The notes under the pieces: model-generated
What the model was told of the DNA's origin: nothing
The model's input: only the letters and a program-made list of their open reading frames with translations
The model's database searches: none
Position numbers and translations under genes: made by a program
Shown: piece after piece, positions 1 through 12,030 of the stretch
Layout: each line of letters starts with the position of its first letter
Numbering within the stretch: the stretch's first letter is position 1
Assembly: GCF_001447785.1 (NCBI RefSeq)
Contig: NW_015163125.1
Span: 256,344 to 320,343 of the forward strand
Source: Gekko japonicus
Taxonomy: Eukaryota
Direction of reading: 5' to 3'
DNA: 64,000 nucleotides

Positions 1-149
1 ATTCCTACAACAAATGTCACATTTCAAATTCACATCATCAGTATTATAACTGGATTTACAGAACTTGAATACCGTAGCAAAGCACAGGTAGCAGGCTAGT
101 AATATAATAAAATACATAAAAAACACTAGAACTAATCAAATGCTGTCAT

Positions 150-589
150 GAATAAATAAAGATTGAGTGTGAGAGGGGCCAGGCACACCTCCCAGGGGAG
201 GCTGTTTCATAACCCTGGGGCTGCTACAGGAAAGGCCTTCTCTTGTGTGCCCACCAGCCCAGTGTCACTGGTAGACAGGGCAGTCAACAGGACCTCTCAT
301 GTGATCTTAGTTGCTGGGCAGGAACGTATAAGAGAAGACAGTCTGTCAGATACCCTTGTCCCAAGCAATGTGGGACTTTAGAGGTCAAAAATAACACCTT
401 GAATTGGGCTTGGGAACAGATTGGAAGCCAGTGTAATTGCTGCAGGACTGGGGTCACCTGACCTCAGTAACTGGCCCTGACCAGCAGGCTAGCTGCAGCA
501 TTCTCCACTACGTGTAGCCTCCAAACACTCCTTAAGGGGTATCCCCAAGTAGAGCATACTACAATAGTCCAGTTTAGATAACTAGGCAT
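150..589 (-). mobile_element. L2-type LINE ORF2 3' fragment
   Basis: Reverse complement resembles the L2 copy at 42.7-43.1 kb (..CTAAACTGGACTATTGTAGTATGCTCTAC..GTAGAATGCTGCAGCTAG..). Confidence 0.6.
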
Positions 590-796
590 AGAAGACCCTG
601 ATGCTGGGAAAGATTGGAGGTCAAAGAAGACGGGGATGGCAAAGGATGAGATGGTTAGACAGTGTCATAGATGCAACGAACATGAAATTGAGCCAACTTC
701 AGAGGACGGCGGAAGACAGGAAGGCCTGGCGTGATCTGGTCCATGGGGTCGCAAAGAGTCGGACTCGACTGTGCCACTCAACAACAACAACAACAA
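590..796 (+). mobile_element. BovB (RTE) LINE 3' end with (CAA)n tail
   Basis: AAGACCCTGATGCTGGGAAAGATTG...GTCCATGGGGTCGCAAAGAGTCGGAC..(ACA)n; peptide MLGKIGGQRRRGWQRMRWLDSV. Confidence 0.88.
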
Positions 797-859
797 GTGC
801 CATTAAACCAAGAATTCAACTACTGCATCCCATGGGTGGCATAAATTGTTCCCCAGTAC

Positions 860-960
860 CTGGACACATCTTTAATGCTTCCAGCTCATCATCATTTAGG
901 TGGACGTATGAATGAAGGATAGACCAGTCTTGCCGATGCCACGCTAACACAGGTAACGTC
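860..960 (-). CDS. DENND10: DENND10 exon 6 (101 nt)
   Basis: [33 protein letters not shown]; AG/GT flanks. Confidence 0.93.
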
Positions 961-3900
961 CTAAAAGGAAATGAAGTCAGAGTTGGGATAATGCTTTGAT
1001 TAATGTTTTAGAGTCTGACAATCAATGGTTTGAGTTGCAATTCATGAAGAGAACATACTGTAGATACAACTCACAGCTGAAGAACAGACTTTCAAAAGGA
1101 AAACAGGCACATATGAGTCATTTATTTTATCAGTTGCTGTACCTTGTAAATTCCTGGACAGCTTCTATTCGCGGGTGATATACCACAATTTTTTTCTTTA
1201 ACATGAGTGCAGTATACAGGATGACTGTTTCCATTCCAAACTGAGATATTATATCTAGAACCAACAGAAGAGAAAGCGGTTTTAGTAAAACATGGTGGCA
1301 AATCTCTATGTAAAAACTGGCAGGAATCGGGAACAACTTATTTTAATTAATTGTGAAATAACTCACATGACCACAAAAATGAAGAATTTACTCAGCACTG
1401 AGTCACAAGGGAATGCAACAGTATATGTTGGCTACAAATTTACATCACAATATATCTTGGACTGCATCCTTTTTTTTCCAGTTAGTTTTGTTAGTTAGTT
1501 AAGTTAGTTTTCTGTGGATTCTCCCGTCCCACTGTAGAACTACAGCAGGATTTCAGTGACCACAGTAGGCTGAAGGGGAAGGTGGGAAAGGTCTGTTCCA
1601 CAAGGACTGAGCTCAGGATCCAGCGCATTTTCTTTTTAGCCTACAAAATGTTCTGTGTTCCTTTATCAGACTCAACCTGTTCATAGGCCACATTAACTAA
1701 ACCATTACTTTCCCTATATTAAGTTCCACGTCTTTCCCATTCAACATAGTTATGTCTAACTTAGCTGAACTGTCATTACAGAGAATCCCCAAGTTCCAAG
1801 AGTGGCAAGATGGTTGATGAGTCCTAATCCAATTCAACTGAAACCCAAGTACAGTTTCAATGTTACCTTCCTAGACAGCCTTGGACACATTTCAGCAATA
1901 GCTGAAATGTCTGTCTCTGCCAGCTGAGTCTCAGACAGCTGCATGGCTAAAAAATCAAATGAGTTCTATAATAAAACCTTTGTTGTCTGACACTTGATTA
2001 TCCAGAATGCATGGAGTAAATGGCATCACCCAGGGAGCAAGATCCATACCCCTGTGTACCCTGCCCCCACCTCTCCAGCTTGATGCTGGCTTCTGGCTGC
2101 TGACATCATCCTCAGGTGCCTCCTCAGCTTACCTCAAGCGGTTGGGATCTAGCTCTGCCAAAGGGCACCCAGGCAGCTGGCCCATTTGCCTAGTCACTGT
2201 GTAGGATGCCTCAGGAGAATGGGGAAAGGTCCTGGCAGGCATGGGGGATGTTGCCTAATGGGGTGGGGTTTAGTTGCTGTGGATTCCTCAGAGTAGGGTG
2301 GAAGAGCGACAAGTCTGAATATCTGGCACTTCTAAATATCTGGCAACCCCCATTCTGCATGACTGCCAGACAGCAAAGATTATACTGCACTTGAGAACAC
2401 ACAGTACGTCTTCAGGAGGTTTTGGAGAAAGGTCTTTAGACCAAAGTAAACCGCTTCTAAGAATGCTTATGCTTCATCAGCTGCACATTCAAATACTAAA
2501 TGTTTAGGAAGTGTTACTGTGCTTCATGTAATGTGTCATATCCACAAGGTCAATACAACTGGCATTTCTGCTGCAATATTTACGTGAAAATATATCCCAC
2601 TGAAATAAATTGAACTTATTTTCAAACAAATACGTTTAGACCAAAGGGCTGAATTGCAATGATAACCTCAGAAGAATTTTCCCCCACCTTTGATTGAGCC
2701 TGCGAGATAAGCTTTTCTGACATCAAAATCTTTGCTTAGGAAAGAGCCATTTTCTTCACTCTGGCAGATTCCCTTTGTAAGAACAGAAATATAACTCTCC
2801 ATCATTTTTACAGGACTTCCATATTTCAGGTATATTCTGTAAAATAAAACAAGTCTCCACCTTTTTAACTGTGCACAAACCCCGCCCCCCAAGAGGATAA
2901 AAAAGTGTTTGCAAGGACAAGTGATCCAGCATACACTACTTTATGCCAACATCAAAGAATTTCAAAATTCGCACACAAGTGTATATCTTTCTGCACTCTA
3001 TGGCTGACTCATAATTATGGTTGAATTTCCTGTTTTGCAAGTCAGTTACAATTGTGAAGCTTAAAGACAAGCTTTAGTCTAACTGGCAATATTGCAGGTT
3101 TTCTAGGAAGCTCTCCAGTTAAAAAATATATGTTATTACATTTAGACTAACTACTCTGCTGTTTATTTCTGATGCTTTTCAAGTTCTGACCATAAAACTA
3201 ATTGGAACATACCACTTCAAAAGTGCTGATAGGAAACAGATACACCCTACATCTCCATCAACAGACAGATATTGTTGGTCTTAGCCTAGATCTAACTGAT
3301 ATGGTAAGGAGTTTCGGTGGCTCAAGTGGTTAAGATGCTGAATTGCAGGCTGGAAGGTCAGTAATTCAGCAGTTCGAGACCTGAGTGCCGCATGACGGAG
3401 TGAGCTCCCGTCTTTGCTTCCAGCTCCTGCCAACCTAGCAGTTCAAAAGCAAAAAATTGCAAGTAGATAAATAGGTACTGCTTCAGTGGGAAGGTAACAG
3501 CATTCCGTGCGCCTTGGCGTTTAGTCAAGCCAGCCACATGACCACGGAAACGTCTTCGGACAGTGCTGGCTCTTTGGCTTGGAAACTGAGATGAGCCCTA
3601 GAGTCGGATTCGACTGGCTTTCGAGCAAGGGAAACCTCTACCTTTTACCTAACTGATATGGTAAATCTGTGTGAGCCGTATCAATTGAGAATGAAAATGA
3701 CTGAATAAATTGTTGAATGCTCTTCCATACCAATCTAAAATTTGCTTCACAAAGAAAGCATGCATATTCATTTATTTACTTTGCGTATAGTTTGCCTTTC
3801 CCACTGAGACACAGAGGGACTATGGCTGCCAACTCAGCCTAATTCCTGGAATTCACAGGGGATTCTTGTTTTTAAATATTACAGCATTCAGTCACCACCC

Positions 3901-6900
3901 AGAGTGCCAAACAGAATTGCACAGACACAGCTTTACCTTTTCAGCAAGGTCTAGCACTTCCAGCATCTCTTATGATTCTTCTCAGTAAGAGAACATTTAG
4001 ATGTAAATTCATCCATACCCCACAGAGATATATTGTCATATTTACTTTATAATGACTCATTCATGTGGAACACCACAACGCTCATAGAATTTTGCCTACT
4101 TGTTTCCACCCTTTCCATCCAAATGCACAAAAATTCATGCTTCTTATGCATCTCCCATATCCCCATTGTATTTACCATCCACCTGAATTACTCATTATGC
4201 TCTGGAGCAAATACTTTTATTAGCTACATGAAGGGAAGCTGGACAGAAACATGGGAGGTATGCCTGCTCCTTCTATTTCCTAAAATTGTCATGCCAATTG
4301 CGTGCACTCATGATAGCAAAGAAATTATTTCTATACACAATCACTGTGTCCATTCTCAATTGATCTATTCCATGCCATTTTTTTAAAAATTCAAGCATTG
4401 ATTTAATAAGTTATTTTATAAAAGCAATTGATCCACAAACAAGAGCTTGTTTTGACAGCAGTTTTGATTTGAAAAGTGCTTTACAATTTTTAATTTCACA
4501 CAATGTCCTAATCCTTACATTCGCAAGAAAAGGAAACTGAAACTTTGTAGTGGTTAAGTGCATGGACTCTAATCTGGGAGAACCGGGTTTGATTCCCCAC
4601 TCCTCCACTTGCAGCTGCTGGATGACCTTGGGCAAGCCATAGTTCTTTCAGATCTGTCCTTGAAAGGGCAGTTCTTGAAAGAGCTCTCTCAGCCCCACCT
4701 ACCTCACAGACAATGCTCCCTCTAAGCTGTGGAGTCCTGAGAGCAAAAATTTGACTTTGTGAGCTACTGGCGTTAAAGTTGTGAGCAGGTGATTTGGCTA
4801 CTGCATAAATCAGTTTGCTCTGGAGCCACCCTTCCTGAGCTAGGACAAAAATGTGTGAGCCGGAGGCTAAAAAACTGTGAGCTATAGCTCACGCTAACTC
4901 AGCTTAGAGGGAACACTGCTCACAGGGTGTCTGTTGTGGGGAGGAAAAGGGAAAGGAGTTTCTAAGCCGCTCTGAGACTCCGAGTGAAGGGCGGGGTATA
5001 AATTCAATCTCTTCTTCTTCTTGTGGCAAATATGTATCTAAGCTGTTTCAAAATTATTAATTCTACAGTGTCAATAATTGTAATGACTTCCAAATCAGAC
5101 TGTTATCTCTTGTAACAATACATGCTTGAAGGCTTTTTTTCAATCATCTAATAATATAATTCTCTTTGCAGTGTGGTTTTGGCGCTTTAACATTGCTAGT
5201 AAATAGGGCTATCATCCAATTTAGTTGATTAAGCAATCACATGGATTTTAAAATGGATCAATCCTGCATAAGAACAGAGTTGTTTAGAAGAAAAATAATT
5301 TTATTCACAGATGATGCACACATGGCCCACCAAGTGACTTCTTAGGAGAGGGGAAAGACCTCTTATAAGCTCATGCCTTTTTCTTGTTGTGAGCAGTAGC
5401 ATTACATGTCTAATGGGTGGTTCGTGCCAATCATAGCAGCAAAAACAGGTCACCTGCAGAAACCATACGAATTTCTATGTACTCAAGAGACTCAAGCAGG
5501 AAAATATTACCATATTAAATTAGCCAAAGAACTCTACCAACATTACACACACACAGCAAGATTAGGACTGACTATGTTCCCAAAGACACGGAATGTTGAA
5601 ATTAGCTACAAGTCAATTAAAACAAGCTGCTTGCTAATTCCCCCTCCCAGCAACTTCTGACAGACCCCCAGGTTGCAATTAATTAATGTCTTAATCAAAA
5701 GGTTAAAATTGCCCCTGACCTGGATAGCATAGGCAAGCCCGATCGCATCAGATCCTGGAAGCTAAGCAGGCCCGACCCTAGCAAGTATTTGGATGGGAAA
5801 CCTCCAGAGAATACCAGGGCCAGGAGGCCTCAGGCAGGCCAACAAGCCACTTTGCTAAACGTCCTCCGTTCCCCAGTAGGAGTTGCCAGAGGTCGCCATG
5901 ACTTCCAGGCATGGACACACACACAAATGCGAAAATACCAAAAAAAGGTTAAAATTGATATGTTGATTAAACATTGTTACTGTAGTGTGAAGCAAAGGTG
6001 TTAGACGTACCTACAGAGGATCCTAGTGAAGGCCGCATATTTCTCTGGATTAAAGTCTTTGGTAGTCAAGACAATGGAAAAATGTGTTACCTACCCAATA
6101 CATAGAAAAAAGCTCTTTTTACTAAATGATACTTCTGTAGAACACTAGTCTGCATTAAGACACTTCCATTACATCAACATCAGAGAAATCAGATACAGCA
6201 CTATATTTCAGTGAAATATATTAAAGAGATTAATTGGATTTGGTCTTGACCAAAATAAGTTTAGTGTTTTTATAACCTAACTACATACAAAAGCCATTTT
6301 CTTTCTTTTCCCCATTAAGCCCATGAGAACTGCAGCAGAAAAGCCCCCCCCCCCCCCAAGATCAGGAAAAAGATAATTTACCCATGGGACATATGTTAAA
6401 TTTATTGATGTTTTCAAAAGTGGCAACACAAAAAGCCCTATTATTTTTCCAAATACAAAGCAATATGCAAGACTATAGAAACACATGAGTTAAAGAACAT
6501 TAAATTTGAATCAATTTGCCACATAAGTTTGAGTGTGATCATCATGCAGCTTGCTTTTCAACTGAACTTTTAACCATTTAAAACTGTACTTCAGCAACAT
6601 CAATCACATATTCAAATGCATGACTGATGTAGATTACTCGTGATAAAAGCGAGATATTTTTTATCAAAATATGCAAATAAGGGATACAAGCCAGATATCA
6701 TAACTCCCTACTATTAATGAGACTATCACCAGTATCCAATGATGTTAAATCAAGGCACTTTCTTGGGATTTCACGCCTACCTTTTTCAAGGCTGAAGAAT
6801 CTGGAACTTCCATGGTTGTAACATAAAACCATGTCAGTCTGTACTGACCATATACAAAAGTGTGAAGCTGTTTGCTCTCATCTGTAAGGCAGCATTTCCT

Positions 6901-8464
6901 CAACAACAGATCCCTTAATTCAATTGTTGTAGAAGGATAGCACCAGACCCACAGAGCATCTCCATTGGTATCTTTTTCTATGGTGGAAAGATGTTCACTG
7001 TGAGAATGCCAACAGCAGCAAGGAAGTAAATTGATTGGTTAATCAGGTCTCTTTACTGCAATCACCTTAACAAGCCCATTTCACACACATTATCAACCCA
7101 TTTTAGCTTCTACACATACTTGTTAATTAAGATCATGTTTATTTTCTGTCAAATTCTATACACACATATATTTACACAAACATACAGATGTGTGAGTTGT
7201 TTACATAAAAGCAGCTATGGTGTATTACTTATAATGCTCAGACCAGAAATTTTGGAGTAGGCTCATTTTTAAATTAAAAATTCCAGATTACCATCCTTAT
7301 TCTCAGAAGCACTACCAGCCAAATGTGGATTTTAAGGAAAACTATGCTTCACGGTTGCAGGGGTCATTTCCTGCAGGAGCGCACAGGAGCGGAGCTCCGG
7401 CAGTAAAGAGCCCAGGGGGCGGGCACATGCAGCAAGCCTCACCCCCTGCTCCCAGCAGCCCTCAGTCAGAGCAAGAAGCAGCCAGGTAAGCTGCAGAGCT
7501 CCCCCCCTGGCCCCCCAGTCCAAAACTGTCCAGTGGCACCTTTCAGACCAAGTTTTATTCAGGTACAAGCTCTCCCTCCTCTGTGAGGGCAGATCTGCAT
7601 GTCCCCCCCCCACCACCACCAATAGCTAGCAATCCAAAACAGTCCAGTGGAGCCTGAGTGGTGGGTGTTGCCTTCTGACACACGTTCGGTGATGTGAGGG
7701 TGTGTGCCATATGCAAATAAGTAACGCTAATGAGTTATGCTAATGAGCTCCTGCAGCTCTTTTTCTACAAAATAACCCCTGCACGGTTGTAATGTTCAGA
7801 AAAAAGGTTTATCAGTTAATTACCATCCTATGTACAATATTGGATTTTTCTAGAAAGCTCACCGGGCTAAAGGTAAGACTGCTCCCCCCCGAATTTAGGG
7901 TTTTTTTATAACTTGGCATAAGTCTACAAGTAATGCAAGACGACGGGTAGCGGGGTTTAGGCAGAGTCACTCTATGGACAGTAAAAGAACAACCTCACAC
8001 ACTGGTACTCAGTAGCTACCTTTCCACAACCTTTGCTACACCCTTCACCCATAAATACACACTGAGCCTCTTGCATATATTGCTAGGAATCCTAAAATCA
8101 AAGTGTTTAGAACCACCTAGAGAAGAAGATATTCTTCGTCCGCAGGGAAGAGGGAACTCCCATCCCCACCCCCCTTCTGCATACCACCTGTCGCCCATTA
8201 CCAAAGAACAGCGCTCTTTCCGGGGAGGAAAGAGGGAACAGGGAACAGGGAACAGGGAACTCCCACCCCCACCCTCCTTCTGCACACCACCTATCGCCCA
8301 TTACCAAAGAACAGCGCTCTTTCAAGGGGATATTGAGGGGAAAGGGAAGGAGGGTACGAGCCTGCCTCCTTCTCCTCACGAGCCTGCAAAGTAAAGCCGA
8401 GCACAGAGACGCGCTTACCAACCAGCCCCACACCCAACAGCTGCTGAGCCTCCGTCTCTGCCAT
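860..8464 (-). CDS. DENND10: DENN domain-containing protein 10 (FAM45A), coding exons 1-6; 3' part lies beyond the left edge
   Basis: Six GT-AG exons join in frame: [32 protein letters not shown]...[43 protein letters not shown]...[64 protein letters not shown]. This matches FAM45A/DENND10 from memory; syntenic with EIF3A and NANOS1. Confidence 0.95.
1143..1254 (-). CDS. DENND10: DENND10 exon 5 (112 nt)
   Basis: [38 protein letters not shown]; AG/GT flanks. Confidence 0.94.
2688..2836 (-). CDS. DENND10: DENND10 exon 4 (149 nt)
   Basis: [49 protein letters not shown]; AG/GT flanks. Confidence 0.94.
3308..3650 (+). mobile_element. Sauria SINE
   Basis: tRNA-like head GGTGGCTCAAGTGGTTAAG, body shared with four other copies, ACCTTT tail. 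TSD CTAACTGATATGGTAA at 3292-3307 and 3649-3664. Confidence 0.88.
4545..5022 (+). mobile_element. tRNA-derived squamate SINE (Squam3-like), interrupted by a hAT MITE
   Basis: TGTAGTGGTTAAG (A box)...GGTTTGATTCCCC (B box), (CTT)n tail; homologous to 26852-27123. Confidence 0.8.
4711..4918. mobile_element. hAT-type MITE
   Basis: 19-bp TIRs CAATGCTCCCTCTAAGCTG / CAGCTTAGAGGGAACACTG; 8-bp TSD CTCACAGA/CTCACAGG. Confidence 0.85.
5712..5942 (+). mobile_element. 5S rRNA-derived SINE with RTE-type tail
   Basis: GCCCGATC..GATC..GGAAGCTAAGCAGG..TATTTGGATGGGA..AATACCAGG is 5S-like; TSD AAAAGGTTAAAATTG 5697-5711 / 5943-5957. Confidence 0.8.
6011..6090 (-). CDS. DENND10: DENND10 exon 3 (80 nt)
   Basis: [26 protein letters not shown]; AG/GT flanks. 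Confidence 0.93.
6781..6977 (-). CDS. DENND10: DENND10 exon 2 (197 nt)
   Basis: tag|AAAAAGATACCAATGGA...AAAAAG|gtaggc; [17 protein letters not shown]...PDSSALKK. Confidence 0.93.
7358..7781. mobile_element. Non-autonomous hAT element with octamer motifs
   Basis: TIRs CAGGGGTCATTT / AAATAACCCCTG; perfect 8-bp TSD CACGGTTG (7350-57, 7782-89). Confidence 0.85.
8151..8323. repeat. Tandem duplication (~70-nt unit, period ~103) in DENND10 intron 1
   Basis: AGGGAACTCCCA..CCTTCTGCA..CGCCCATTACCAAAGAACAGCGCTCTTTC occurs twice, separated by (GGGAACA)3. Confidence 0.85.
8419..8464 (-). CDS. DENND10: DENND10 coding exon 1 (46 nt)
   Basis: AAGATGG start, [15 protein letters not shown], donor G|GTAAGC; CpG-rich context. 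Confidence 0.9.
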
Positions 8465-9451
8465 CTTTCTCCTTCCAGCCAGAGCCCGGCCCTCTTCTGA
8501 GGCCCGCCCACTTTCTCAGTGTTTTCCTGGCCCCGTAGAGATAGAAAGAAGAGAGCCACGCACGCCCTCTGTCTTCCGGCGGGGGTTCGGTGCTCCGTGC
8601 TGGCCCGTTTGGCATGGTAAAAGCACAAGGCTGGAGGCGGTCAGTCGAGCGCCGGCGGCAATGTAAATAGGTTTGCATTTGCTGTAGCCGGAGGTATTTT
8701 GTGGGAAATCTGTTGTGATGTCAAATAGATGCACACGAAATGTATGCATTTGCATTATTCCTACACCCCACGAAATTGTTCTTTGTTCCTGATGATAAGT
8801 CGTGGAGACGCGTTCCTTTAATACTGTTAATAAAGAATGTGTGGAGGAGACAGGTTTTAAAGACAACCGAGATCTGCTGTAAGTCGCTCTTTTAACAACA
8901 TCCAGACGACATATAGCGATAATATGAAGTAGTTGTATACCCACTCGTCTGTAACATGGGGCTTAATTGCAATAAGATAATAACACTCAACTATGTTCAG
9001 GGCCCCCTACAGAGGGGACGGGAGACAAAATGAGGAGGGGGAAGTCAGCTGGAGGGCCCTTGAAGCCAAATTATTTGTTTTGTTATAATATTTGGTTTGG
9101 ATCAGGGTCAAGTGAGAGGCGGCAAGATAGAATTTTTGTCCAGGGGCCCATGGTGGCTCTGGGCAGCCCTGACAACACTGCATGGCAGCATGGTTATTGT
9201 AAACCTACATTTTTTTAAACCGATCAGACATTTAGTCAACTATAAGTAGAAAGATGTTGCTGGTAACCACACTAGACGCGAAGTAAAATTTAACAACAAA
9301 AACCTTTTATTTAGAACAGACAAAATAACACAAAATAGTATGCAGCCTTTCAAGTTCTCCATAACATTTTCAGAGATAATGTAAATCAAGTTGACTAAAA
9401 CATGGAGCAAAAAGATTTCAGGCCATGCTCTCAAATGATTGTAAAGAAGTA

Positions 9452-9802
9452 AGGTAAAGGTAAAGGTTCCCTTGCTCGAAAGCCAGTCGAATCCGACTCT
9501 AGGGTTGCAGTGCTCATCTCCGTTTCAAAGCCGAAGAGCCAGCGCTGTCCGAAGATGTTTCCGTGGTCATGTGGCCGGCATGACTAAACACCAAGGCGCA
9601 CAGAACGCTGTTACCTTCTCACCGAAATGGTACCTATTTATCTACTTGCAATTTCTTGCTTTCAAATTGCTAGGTTGGCAGGAGCTGGAACTAGAGATGG
9701 GCGCTCACTCCATCATGAGGCACCCGGGTCTCGAACTGCTGAACTACTGGACCTTCCACAGCCTGCAGTTCAGCGTCTTAACCACTTGAGCCACCGCAGC
9801 TC
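9452..9802 (-). mobile_element. Sauria SINE
   Basis: (AAAGGT)n tail, same body as other copies; TSD TGTAAAGAAGTA 9440-51 / 9803-14. Confidence 0.88.
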
Positions 9803-9820
9803 TGTAAAGAAGTAGGTGCA

Positions 9821-10275
9821 TATTAAGTATGAGAGTACAGGCAGCTCATTAACAAGTGATTCAGCTTTATTTGAACAAGACAAGAACAAACACACACAGG
9901 AGAGCAACAGGCTCTCTTTTAAACTATCCGGCCTTGGATAACCACACCCACTGATAAGTTAAGAACCAAACCAGAATAGTAATATAACAACTAATGGGTG
10001 CATCTCCCTCCATAACAGACAAAACGAACACACACAGGAAAGCAACAAGCTCTCTTTTAAACTATATGGCCTTGGATAACCACACCCACTGATAAGTTAA
10101 GAACCAATCAGAAGAGTAATATAACAACCAATGGGTGCATCTCCCTCCATAACGTTTCTTGTACCCTGATTGGCCTACTTCGCAGAGTAGCCAATCAGAC
10201 TGTGCCGTTCATGATACCAGACTTAGATAGGGGTGAAATTTAAGCTCAGGTATTATGGATACACAGTACATAACA
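9821..10275 (-). mobile_element. Probable solo LTR with an internal ~138-nt tandem duplication
   Basis: - strand starts TGTTATGTA; CCAAT motifs, TTTAAAAG TATA-like element, AATAAA at 9866-71 about 45 nt from the end; duplicated units 9889-10016 and 10027-10153. Confidence 0.5.
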
Positions 10276-11789
10276 CTGCGTTTGCCACAGCAAAATAAAA
10301 CAGACATCCAATGTGGCACCTTAAAGACTAATTTCATCAGTCACAGATAACTTCCTCAGATATGCTCTTAAAGCCTGTGCAAGTAGCCTATGTGGAAAGC
10401 ACAGAGAATGGGGGAAGATGATATCAGGTTGCACCTTTGGTCTTATATGAAGAAGCAGCGATTTTGCTTACAAAAGACTGATGAAGAATTCTGGAGAACT
10501 TAAAAAGCCTGCATAGTTTATGTTAGTGTTGTTGAATAAAAGGCATTACATTACAAGGTTATAAAAAATCACTTCAGACTCCTCCCTGGCCTCAATAGAA
10601 AAAGGTGATAATTGCATGGTGGATTGTCAGAAGCTGGTCTAAAGCTCAGTTCCCTCACAAAATAGACACATTTGCTGTTAATCACTATATCTGGCTCTTA
10701 TACTTGGCATCCACAGGCAAAGTAGGGGTCTCTTTATAAATTAACCAAAGGAGAGGGGGGAAAAACCCTTCCAAAGGCTGGCCTGATGAGGGCAGGAAAT
10801 GTTCCAGAAAAGTTGGAATATTGAGAGCAGCTGTCAGTTAAAGGGCAGGAAGTGGCTGCTCAAGCCTGAGAGGTTAGAGAATCCTGGAAGGGGACATTTT
10901 GAGGGCTGCAGTGAGGATTTCCAGATTGTTCCCTAGGAAGCAGAAGAATCCCATTTTTCAATAGAAAACACTTTTTTTCAATGCACAGGAATATACCTAC
11001 AGCCTGCAGGCACTTTGGGATGCTGAGACTACTGGGTACTATGGTATCATTTTCCAAACAATGGGGAGGGTTTGCACTCTGCATAGTCACAGGGAGAGAT
11101 TTCCCGGTTCAGAAAGTCTGTGTCTGTAGCGATGCCACAGGTGCACATGTGCCTGCCTGTGAGTCAGCTCAGTGCTTTGTTAGTCAGCAGGTAGTGAGTG
11201 ACCCAAAGTCTCCTGTTTTGTTTTTCTCGGCTTCACTAAAGAAATGCTAGAAAATACCCATGTCATGGTTGGTACCAAAGAATCCTGTGGGTTAAAGTCT
11301 AGCGATGGTGAAGGTGTTGAAAATATTGTTGGAATCAAATGACACCCCATGATATAGTAACTTTATTACAGCTAAATTAGCCTCTGTCTGGTCAGTTCTG
11401 GGTTGGGAGACGTCCTGAATAAGAAGCCTTTAGGTCTACTAGACAGAAGGCATGGTATATATTTAGTATTGAACTAATGTTGCTAGCAAGAGAAAATTGC
11501 TTAAACTAGTAGCAGGCTGCACGATAAGTCATCTTGTTAACATTGTAGTTTCAACATAATTTATACTTTACATTAAAAGGGACTCCTTACTATGCTAAAG
11601 TAATGAGGAAACCCAATAAAGATATTTTTATCTCCAAAGCCACGGAAAATCTCTGAATGGGATTCGAGAATCAGAACAAAAGGTAAATTAACAGCTTCTA
11701 CAACCAGAATATTTCAGGGGCAATGGGGGATTCGAAACCATGCAACACTCAACACCGCGCAAATTATTATGCGAAGGTCAAAAACCAAC

Positions 11790-11981
11790 ACAAGCCGGAA
11801 GTTGCTGCACACGCGCTCTTCCAAACGATGACGCCGCGCCGAAGCTCTAGGAGACTGCCTCACTTCCGCACACGTTTGTGCGTGAGGGACCACGTGACGC
11901 CCTCCCTTTCCGGCCTCGCTTGCTGCCTGGCTGGGCGCTCCTTGGGGTTTGCCTGCCGCGTGAGGAGACGCCGTCGCCATC
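11790..11981 (+). promoter_or_regulatory. EIF3A CpG-island promoter / 5'UTR with TCT (5'TOP) motif
   Basis: ETS-type CCGGAAGT (~11795) and CACTTCCG (11861), E-box CACGTG at 11891-11896, pyrimidine tract CCTCCCTTTCC at 11901-11911. Typical of translation-factor and snoRNA host genes. Confidence 0.7.
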
Positions 11982-12030
11982 ATGCCGGTCTATTTCCAGC
12001 GGCCCGAGAACGCCCTGAAGCGGGCGAACG
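11982..12030 (+). CDS. EIF3A: EIF3A exon 1 coding part (49 nt)
   Basis: ATC ATG CCG; [16 protein letters not shown]; donor G|gtgagt. Confidence 0.96.

Noticed and set aside
5712-5830. 5S rRNA gene
   Set aside because: Diverged, fused to a non-5S body, flanked by a TSD and dispersed, so it is a SINE.
8107-8944. Several 87-173-aa ORFs over the DENND10 promoter
   Set aside because: GC-rich CpG-island artefacts; only the 46-nt exon 1 matches a known protein.
9472-9789. Recurring ~105-128-aa ORFs ([11 protein letters not shown]...[14 protein letters not shown]) at 9472, 20029 and 48764
   Set aside because: Antisense readings of Sauria SINE copies, not a gene family.
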